Notes under the pieces: model-generated
Seen by the model: the letters and a program-made list of their open reading frames with translations, nothing else
The model's database searches: none
What the model was told of the DNA's origin: nothing
Made by a program: the position numbers and the translations under genes
Shown here: piece by piece, positions 12,117-21,482 of the stretch
Numbering within the stretch: position 1 is the stretch's first letter
Layout: every line of letters begins with the position of its first letter
Origin: Eledone cirrhosa
Taxonomy: Eukaryota
Length of the DNA: 64,000 nucleotides
Reading direction: 5' to 3'
Assembly (NCBI GenBank): GCA_964016885.1
Contig: OZ024743.1
Coordinates: 225,742,001 to 225,806,000, forward strand

Positions 12117-13230
12117 GTAAGGCAATCAAAGATATGAAGACGGGTAAGGCGGCTGGGCCTTCGGAAATTGTTTCTGAAATGCTGAAAGCATCTGAAACGG
12201 TGGGACACACTATGGTCACCCGGATAGTAAACCAAGTCATACGGAATGGGGTCGTTCCGAAGGACTGGCGTAGCAGCATAATCATTAACTGCTACAAGGG
12301 TAAAGGAGATGCCCTAGATATGGGTAACTATAGAGGCATTAAATTAATCGACCAGGTCATGAAGGTCACAGAAAAAGTAATAGCGCAACTAATCAGAGAG
12401 CGAATTGATCTAGATGAAATGCAGTTCGGGTTTGTGTCAGGTAAAATTACCACAGACGCTCTTTTCATTGTACGACAACTACAGGAGAAGTACCTAGCTA
12501 AAAGTAAACCCCTATACTTAGCTTTTGTTGACTTGGAGAAAGCCTTTGACAGAGTCCCCCGCTCAATTATCTGGTGTGCTCTTAGAAAACTAGGTATTGA
12601 TGAATGGCTTGTGAGAGCTATACAAGCCATGTATAAAGAAACAGTCAGCAAAGTTAGAATTAACAACGAATATAGTGAAGAGTTTAGCGTGAAAGTTGGT
12701 GTTCATCAGGGCTCCGTCCTTATCCTCCTCCTATTTATTATTGACCTTCAGGCTATAACAGAGGAGTTCAAGACCGGCTGCCCATGGGAACTCCTATACG
12801 CAGATGATCTAACGCTCATAGCTGAATCAATGGCCGAACTAGAGAAGAAATTCCAAATATGGAAGCATGGCCTAGAATCAAAAGGCCTTAAAATTAACCT
12901 GTCTAAGACTAAAGTTCTAGTTTGTAGGAAGGAAAATAGGGCACCAGTCCCATCTGGGAAATGGCCATGCTTAGTGTGTAGGAAAGGAGTAGGCAGAAAC
13001 TCTATTTTATGTCCCAAATGCAAAGTATGGGTGCATAAAAGATGTAGTGGGATCACAGGTAAGCTAACTAAGTATATAGATTTTATATGTGGCCGGTGCT
13101 CTGGTGCAATAAGTAGCAGCAAGTGCCCACAGAATACTAGCCCATTCCATTGCACAGATGGTTCTATAGAAATAGTGGACACCTTCCGTTACCTGGGTGA
13201 CAAAATCAGCAGTGGTGGAGGGTGCTCTGA
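12117..13230 (+). mobile_element. RTE-clade LINE reverse transcriptase fragment with embedded PHD-like zinc finger, truncated by a Penelope-like element
   Basis: KAAGPS, NYRGIKL, QFGF, FVDLEKAFDRVP, GVHQGS, LLYADD, then C-x2-C..C-x2-C..H-x2-C..C-x2-C, then FRYLG. Confidence 0.92.
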
Positions 13231-14547
13231 ACTTTTTAGTGCAATTGTGGACTGCAAATAGGGCGTCGTCCCTGTATATTCCGCCTTGCAAGGGTTGGAT
13301 TTCGGCTCTGATGTTATGTAATAGGTAAATTCCAACTAAATCGGTGATTTGCGCAGAGTCACTTGAGCCCATCGTGATGTCAAAGTTGTCTGTTCTATCC
13401 TTTCTAGTCCAGAGTGCTCCGTTGAATTCAATGATGGTCTGCCTAGCCATAAGTATGATGTTAATCTCATTATTGGTTATGTCCGAGTTGGTGCTGGCAA
13501 GGGTTAATGCTTTGTTGAGCGGGGTTATTGAAGCGTAATAGCTGTCGATGTCAAATTGGATGAACCTCATACATTGCTTGGACCTTAGATCGGAGAACCA
13601 CCTTGGCCGGTGTTGGACCACGACTTGTAGGTGATGTCATCCCGTAGCCCAGGGATTATCCTATCAAGGATGTTCTTACTGATACAACCCAGGTCGGATG
13701 TGTTTGGGCTTATAAGTCTAATAGATGGGTTCTCTATAAAGTTTGGCTTATGATCCTTGATAGAGAACCTTGGGGTTGTTGGTACATAAGGGTGGGTAAA
13801 TCTATCCAGATGCAAGACCTTAACCAAACCCTGGGCTTTTCGGTTAAGTACGTTTACACTGGAGGGTATAGTTTTTTTATAGTTTTAAGAAGGAAAGAGT
13901 TGTAAGTTTCAGGAGTCATGGTGTATAGATTTTTAGTTTTGTCAGACATAACATGTAAGAGGTGGCTATCTTTAATTTTTGTTATAGTTGTTACTAATTT
14001 AGTGAGGAAATTATTCTTGTGTCTATAATGCTTTTTGAATTTAATGCCCCTGACGAAGTTGAATAGATCTTTCTCAAAAGGGTCCAGCAGGATGTTGTGT
14101 GGGGGGTTCTTGCAGGTGGTAAATCCATATCTATTTACTGTACTTCCGGCGTCAGCAGCACTCGCATGGTCAAAGTGGAAGGCTTTCCATCTTATTCTTC
14201 GGATGAAAGAGTTGACACTCTGTATTAGGAGTTTGAGGTATGTCTTCCTGTCCGGGATAGGTACGGACTTAAGTGAGATTCTGAGTTCTCGCTTAATTAA
14301 CATGGTGACTTCAAACAGTAAATAGCTCAACTACGGGAGCTCAAGTATACACAGTTCAAAAGTAACCAATCTTAAAGAGAGAGATGGAGATAGGAGAGGA
14401 GATAGGAGAGGAGAGATTGGTGAATTAGTTAGAAGCCAAAGCGTAAAGGCATGTGCTCAATGTGCAATATGCAGTAGAAAGCAGCTAGGTGGTTGGGTTC
14501 ATGCAGAAGTTAGGCGCGCAGAGCTGATATATATATATATATATATA

Positions 14548-14609
<62 letters not shown>

Positions 14610-14610
14610 C

Positions 14611-14671
<61 letters not shown>

Positions 14672-14946
14672 TTAGTTAAGCAAAACAAGACCACAAATTT
14701 CACAAGGAAGACATTATTAAAAGATTGTCAACATATTTAGTTTGATGCAAAGAATGTAGAGAATAATAATAATGCCCGTTTACAATTGTTTCGCTACTCC
14801 GTATAATATTTCTGGATCAGATGACTATGTATCATAATTGATCTGGTTCAGTTGAAAATAATTAACATATTTAAAAAAACAGAGTGGCTCATCGGAACTC
14901 AAAGGAATATAAATTAAAATAATGTTACATAATATAATGTTCCATA
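13230..14946 (-). mobile_element. Penelope-like element (Naiad-type), inverted 5' half with pLTR; frameshifted
   Basis: SDKTKNLY, KDHKPNF..P.IRLI.P, FIQFDIDSYYASI, TMGS.DSAQITDLVG, YRDD; pLTR ~14664-14946 is split from the 5' UTR by a (TA)n run. Confidence 0.9.
14778..14898 (-). ncRNA. Type I hammerhead-like motif in pLTR (CCGAUGA core, long stem II)
   Basis: Reverse complement of the 15008-15128 motif. Confidence 0.65.
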
Positions 14947-15007
14947 TATTAGTTTTTACTATGGAACATTATATTATGTAACATTATTTTAATTTATATT
15001 CCTTTGA

Positions 15008-15128
15008 GTTCCGATGAGCCACTCTGTTTTTTTAAATATGTTAATTATTTTCAACTGAACCAGATCAATTATGATACATAGTCATCTGATCCAGAAATAT
15101 TATACAGAGTAGCGAAACAGTTGTAAAC
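15008..15128 (+). ncRNA. Type I hammerhead-like motif in pLTR (CCGAUGA core, long stem II)
   Basis: GUU CCGAUGA GCCACUCUG..CAGAGUAGC GAAA CAGUUG UA AAC; predicted cleavage after 15125. Confidence 0.65.
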
Positions 15129-15438
15129 GGGCATTATTATTATTAATATTATTAATATTATTATTCTCTACATTCTTTGCATCAAACTAAATATGTTGAC
15201 AATCTTTTAATAATGTCTTCCTTGTGAAATTTGTGGTCTTGTTTTGCTTAACTAATGAATATTTCCAGCTCTGCGCACCTAACCTCTGCATGAACCCAGC
15301 CACCTAGCTGCTTTCTACTGCATATTGCACATTGAGCACATGCCTTTACGCTTTGGCTCCTAACTAACTCACCAATCTTTCCTCTCATATCTCCTCTACT
15401 ATCTCAATCTCTCTCTTTAAGATTGGTTACTCTTGAAC

Positions 15439-15528
<90 letters not shown>

Positions 15529-17733
15529 AATAATGGAGCTGCGGCGTTGCAAATGGGATACATATGAAAAAGTGAGTCCTTCATCAGTGACCCTCCAACC
15601 GTCCTAGGCATTTCATCGCTTTAAGGGCCATATGCCTCAGGTTGGTGCGAACAACGACTAAAAAAAGTAAGAACATCCTTGATAGGATAATCCCTGGGCT
15701 ACGGGATGACATCACCTACAAGTCGTGGTCCAACACCGGCCAAGGTGGTTCTCCGATCTAAGGTCCAAGCAATGTATGAGGTTCATCCAATTTGACATCG
15801 ACAGCTATTACGCTTCAATAACCCCGGAACTGCTGAACAAAGCATTAACCCTTGCCAGCACCAACTCGGACATAACCAATAATGAGATTAACATCATACT
15901 TATGGCTAGGCAGACCATCATTGAATTCAACGGAGCACTCTGGACTAGAAAGGATAGAACAGACAACTTTGACATCACGATGGGCTCAAGTGACTCTGCG
16001 CAAATCACCGATTTAGTTGGAATTTACCTATAACATAACATCAGAGCCGAAATCCAACCCTTGCAAGGCGGAATATACAGGGACGACGCCCTATTTGCAG
16101 TCCACAATTGCACTAATCGGGGCATTGATTTGCTAAAAAAACAATTACATAGATTTTTTTAAAAATAACAGTCTCTCTATCACCATCGAGCCGAACCATA
16201 AAGTAGTAAACTACCTAGACATCACCCTGGATATCAACAATAACCTATATTACCCTTACCATAAACCAGGTGAAATACTCACATATATTAGCCCAAACTC
16301 TAACCACCCACCGGCAGTCATCAGAGCAGTAATCAAATCTATCTCATATAGGATCTCCATGCTATCAGCAAATGAGGAGATATTTATAAACCATGCACAA
16401 TATTATAATAAGGCTCTTTCTGAATCTGGTTATGAACAATCCATTTACTACATACCTAAATGCCATAACACAGCAATTCACCATAATAAACTTAACACTA
16501 GAACTAGAAATACCTTAGCATATAGCCAGATCCGCCGGAATTTTAGCAGTAACAGCACCTACACAGGGAAGTTTAATGGTGGCAGCGGCCTGCTCCCCAC
16601 TCCAAGTAGCAAACTAAAAATCAACCCTAGAATAGGAATGAGAAATGGGATGACAAATAACAAATCCCCAGGTAATAATAACCCTAGGAAGGCCCCTACC
16701 AACTCCACTAGAACCCCTAAAAGGAATAGACCTAGAAATATCACCTGGCTTAACCCCCCCCCATTCTCATCCAATCTAGCCACTAATATCCCTAAACGCT
16801 TCTTCTCTATCCTATCTACCCCCCCCCAACCATAGATATTACAAACTCTTTAATAAAAAATAACATTAAAATCTCATTCTCCACAACACCTAACCTAGCT
16901 AGCCACATCGCATTCAGTAACCATCATAAACTAAGACAGTATTACTCCCACACCGCGGTACCACCACCCCTATCAAATACACCACGCCACTACACCAATA
17001 ATTACTCTAGTAGCACACCTCCCCCATCTAATCCTTCTAGCACTGACCAACTGCTTAGGTTAAACTACCCTACTCTCACTAACCGCAGAAGCAACTGCAA
17101 CTGCCGTTACCTTAATGCATGCCCATTAAATGGACACTGCCTGACACTCAACATAGTTTATAGGTGCACGGTTAAAACTGCTTCGAATACCAGCTCTTAT
17201 ATCGGGTCTACCTCTAACCTTTTTAAGGTAAGCTATAACGCACACTCTTTTTTCCTTCCGAACCCTAGCAACAGATGTTCGACATCTCTAGCTAGGTTCA
17301 TTAAAAACCTTAAATTAAGCAACATTGAACACTCACTAAAATGGGATATCGTGGTTAGGGCCCAACCCTTCAATGGACGAAGAAAATCTTGTGATCTCTG
17401 TATTACCGAAGCATATTACATAACTCTATCACGACCTCTACCGATTAACGATAGAACGGAGGTAACTATTAGCTGTCAACATCGAAGGGCTAATTCCTTC
17501 GCCAATAGAATATTTGACCCAACATAGTCATCTAGCCCCATTTTCACTTGTAGCTAATAAGTTAAATAGCTATAACTAACTTAGATAATTATAAGTTACC
17601 TCCCCTACATTGTCTCTCAATTAAAAAAAATTAAAAATTAGCACTTAACTATAAACTACCCACAATTTCTAATCTCTTGAGGATTTACTTCCCCAGAAAC
17701 CACCCTCTAATTAGTAAGGTAAATATGTCCTTT

Positions 17734-17746
17734 GGCGGCCATCTTG
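17734..17746 (-). promoter_or_regulatory. YY1-like motif upstream of the 3' pLTR
   Basis: CAAGATGGCCGCC on the minus strand; motif match only. Confidence 0.3.
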
Positions 17747-17905
17747 TTACCCATAGGAAGATATCACAGAATGCAGCCTCGACAGATGAATACTGCTTGA
17801 TTATGGCTGACAACTGATCCAACCAGGACACCATAGTGAAACACCAATATATGGAACACTACATTATGTAACATTCTCTCCTTATTTTAATTTATATTCC
17901 TTTGA

Positions 17906-18026
17906 AGTTCCGATGAGTCGCTCTGTTTTTAAATTTGTTAATTATTTTCAACTGAACCAGATGAATAATGATATATAGTCATCTGATCCAGAAATATTAT
18001 ATGGAGTAGCGAAACAATTGTAAACT
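17906..18026 (+). ncRNA. Type I hammerhead-like motif in 3' pLTR
   Basis: AGUU CCGAUGA GUCGCUCUG..UGGAGUAGC GAAA CAAUUG UA AACU. Confidence 0.65.
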
Positions 18027-18147
18027 GACATTATTATTAATATTATTATTATTATTCTCTACATTCCTTACATCAAACTAAAATATGCTGACAATCTTTT
18101 AATAATGTCTTCCTTGTGAAATTTGTGGTCTTGTATTGCTTAACTAA

Positions 18148-18235
<88 letters not shown>

Positions 18236-18271
18236 TATCATCATCATCATCTTCATCATCATCTTCGCCCT

Positions 18272-18531
18272 CTGAGTTTCTCTTTCTTCTTCTGACCAAT
18301 GTAAATAACATTAAAGAGAAATAATGGATTTTTAGAAATCAGTTCTGGCATACAAACATATATATATAGCGGTGGAGGAGGATAATGACGATGATAGTGA
18401 TGATGAGAGGATGATGAAGAGACTCTATAATTCCACCAACTTCCTGTTTGTATGCCAGAACTGATTTCTAAAAATCCATTATTTCTCTTTAATGTTATTT
18501 ACATTGGTCAGAAGAAGAAAGAGAAACTCAG
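18272..18531. repeat. Inverted repeat with ~87-bp arms inside (GAT)n microsatellite
   Basis: 18272-18358 is the reverse complement of 18445-18531. Confidence 0.9.
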
Positions 18532-18557
18532 CTTTTCTCACAATTAATGAGGGCGAA

Positions 18558-18603
<46 letters not shown>

Positions 18604-18648
18604 TTGGTGCTGTTCATTTTGATGATGATGCTGATGCAACACATGTGT

Positions 18649-18712
<64 letters not shown>

Positions 18713-18962
18713 GAGAGGTATAGAGATTGTTTTAGCAAGAAGCTAACGGCATTCTATAACATATATGCGACTATAACGTCAAGATGGGAAAAGTAGTTAA
18801 CGAAAGATTTAGGAAAAATAACTCAAACTCATCTCAAAAGAGAATCAGGATATAAATTCATCCACAGAATTTAGTAAAATCCAGGGAAAAATCTATAGAC
18901 CTTTAACTCATGATAAAATACAGTTTGAAACACTTATCCTTCAATTTGGAATAACATCAAAT

Positions 18963-19043
18963 GCTCTGTATAGTCTTAAAAGACTATTTCATGAAAACTT
19001 TCAGTGGAGATGGTCACGGTTGGATTTCATTCATCAGCAGAGC
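18963..19043 (-). ncRNA. Type I hammerhead ribozyme, unit 1
   Basis: GCUCUG CUGAUGA AUGAAA..UUUCAU GAAA UAGUCU UUUA AGACUA UA CAGAGC; intact core and three stems. Confidence 0.92.
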
Positions 19044-19590
19044 TCAACAGAAACCAGGGCTCTCACAGTAGTATAATCCGAAAAAGGGAATTCTAAAACT
19101 GGCTAGTTCGCCTTCATGTGTATTTATGAAAAAGCACATGAGGAAAAAACGGGGCTAGTGACGTCAGGATGGAAGTGAATGTTTATTTACAAGAAATAGC
19201 AGTCAAATACATTCTGAAAAAAACTCTACAAAGGAGTTCAGCAAAATAGCAATAATTATCACAGTTTTTATGAAAAAAACCGGGATTAGTCACAGATAGT
19301 TTAAGCACTCTAGGAAAAGAATCCGAGTATAAATATAAATGAGAGGTATAGAGATTGTTTTAGCAAGAAGCTAACGGCATTCTATAACATATATGCGACT
19401 ATAACGTCAAGATGGGAAAAGTAGTTAACGAAAGAATTAGGAAAAATAACTCAAACTCATCTCAAAAGAGAATCAGGATATAAATTCATCCACAGAATTT
19501 AGTAAAATCCAGGGAAAAATCTATAGACCTTTAACTCATGATAAAATACAGTTTAAAACACTTATCCTTCAATTTGGAATAACATCAAAT

Positions 19591-19671
19591 GCTCTGTATA
19601 GTCTTAAAAGACTATTTCATGAAAACTTTCAGTGGAGATGGTCACGGTTGGATTTCATTCATCAGCAGAGC
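19591..19671 (-). ncRNA. Type I hammerhead ribozyme, unit 2
   Basis: Same motif, offset +628. Confidence 0.92.
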
Positions 19672-20218
19672 TCAACAGAAACCAGGGCTCTCACAGTAGT
19701 ATAATCCGAAAAAGGGAATTCTAAAACTGGCTAGTTCGCCTTCATGTGTATTTATGAAAAAGCACATGAGGAAAAAACGGGGCTAGTGACGTCAGGATGG
19801 AAGTGAATGTTTATTTACAAGAAATAGCAGTCAAATACATTCTGAAAAAAACTCTACAAAGGAGTTCAGCAAAATAGCAATAATTATCACAGTTTTTATG
19901 AAAAAAACCGGGATTAGTCACAGATAGTTTAAGCACTCTAGGAAAAGAATCCGAGTATAAATATAAATGAGAGGTATAGAGATTGTTTTAGCAAGAAGCT
20001 AACGGCATTCTATAACATATATGCGACTATAACGTCAAGATGGGAAAAGTAGTTAACGAAAGATTTAGGAAAAATAACTCAAACTCATCTCAAAAGAGAA
20101 TCAGGATATAAATTCATCCACAGAATTTAGTAAAATCCAGGGAAAAATCTATAGACCTTTAACTCATGATAAAATACAGTTTGAAACACTTATCCTTCAA
20201 TTTGGAATAACATCAAAT

Positions 20219-20299
20219 GCTCTGTATAGTCTTAAAAGACTATTTCATGAAAACTTTCAGTGGAGATGGTCACGGTTGGATTTCATTCATCAGCAGAGC
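20219..20299 (-). ncRNA. Type I hammerhead ribozyme, unit 3
   Basis: Same motif, offset +1256. Confidence 0.92.
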
Positions 20300-20524
20300 T
20301 CAACAGAAACCAGGGCTCTCACAGTAGTATAATCCGAAAAAGGGAATTCTAAAACTGGCTAGTTCGCCTTCATGTGTATTTATGAAAAAGCACATGAGGA
20401 AAAAACGGGGCTAGTGACGTCAGGATGGAAGTGAATGTTTATTTACAAGAAATAGCAGTCAAATACATTCTGAAAAAAACTCTACAAAGGAGTTCAGCAA
20501 AATAGCAATAATTATCACAGTTTT

Positions 20525-20562
<38 letters not shown>

Positions 20563-20857
20563 TACACATACATATCTCCTTATAATATATAACCAGCAAT
20601 TTCTCTGTCTGTCTGTCCGACAGTGGAAACACGTGCGCGCGTGGTTGCTATCTCTCTCTCTCCAGCTATCCCTCTCTTTTAGTCTGTCTGTTTCTCTCAC
20701 TCTCACTCTTTCTCTTTGTAACACACTAACATTCCTCCCCTCTATCGCTGTGACGAATGGGGAGATGGAGGAGGAGGAGGAGGAGAGAATGACTTCGTCA
20801 CTTCACCTCTGCCTTTCTTTCTCTCCCCTCTCACTCCCTCATTACGTACAGACATTA

Positions 20858-21052
20858 GGGCGGTGGATTGGCAGAATCTGTAGAGAGTCGGACACCATGC
20901 TTCATAGTCGGACACCATGCTTCCCTTTACGGTCTGAGTTCAAATACCGCCGAGGTTAACTTTACCTTTCATCCTCACGGGGTCGATAAAATAAAGTACC
21001 AGTAATGTACTGGGTAATTGCTGGCCTTGTGCCAAAAGTAGAAACAATTATT
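20858..21052 (+). mobile_element. tRNA-derived SINE family A
   Basis: GGCGGTGGATTGGCAG head, GAGTTCAAAT B-box, shared tail; internal duplication of AGTCGGACACCATGCTTC. Confidence 0.9.
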
Positions 21053-21169
21053 AGAAACATTGCTTCATTTTTACATATCTAAGCATTAGTAAAATAACTA
21101 ATAATTTCAAAAGTAATTTTTCAATTCCAATTGTTATGAACAGCAAAACATTAATAATAATTTTGTTCT

Positions 21170-21380
21170 AAGAAATATATATACATTTCTGTGTGTAATA
21201 TATATATATATACACACAGAAATATATATACATTTCTGTGTGTGTAATATATATATATATACACACAGAAATGTATATACATTTCTGTGTGTGTAATATA
21301 TATATATATACACACACAGAACTATATATATATACACACAGAAATATATATACATTTCTGTGTGTGTAATATATATATAG
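21170..21380. repeat. ~60-bp quasi-palindromic minisatellite
   Basis: AGAAATATATATACATTTCTGTGTGT(AT)nACACAC repeated about 3.5 times. Confidence 0.85.
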
Positions 21381-21424
21381 ACTAGAACTGTTACATTCTT
21401 GAGAAATCACCAGGAATATATTAA

Positions 21425-21478
<54 letters not shown>

Positions 21479-21482
<4 letters not shown>

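Larger units (their letters stand above)
14960..18150 (+). mobile_element. Penelope-like element (Naiad-type): pLTR + 5' UTR, interrupted RT, GIY-YIG endonuclease, 3' pLTR; decayed
   Basis: RT 15666-16500 (YRDD, NYLDITL, PYHKP, SNHPP), CNCRYLNACPLNGHC (CxCx5C), IVY..YIG at ~17150-17210, stop at 17527, direct pLTRs 14960-15262 and ~17849-18150, ending in (TA)n. Confidence 0.9.
18707..20527 (-). mobile_element. Retrozyme-like tandem array: 2.9 x 628-bp non-coding unit, one hammerhead per unit, flanked by (TA)n
   Basis: ATGAGAGGTATAG recurs at 18711, 19339 and 19967; units nearly identical; no ORF in the supplied track. Confidence 0.9.

Noticed and set aside
13064-13621. Fusion ORFs joining RTE and Penelope frames (12134..13261, 13064..13621)
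   Set aside because: Read-through across the insertion junction at ~13230, not a real chimeric gene.
17085-17900. Selenoprotein-type Naiad (UGA-Cys plus SECIS)
   Set aside because: The conserved Cys codons I read are TGC/TGT and no SECIS was recognised.
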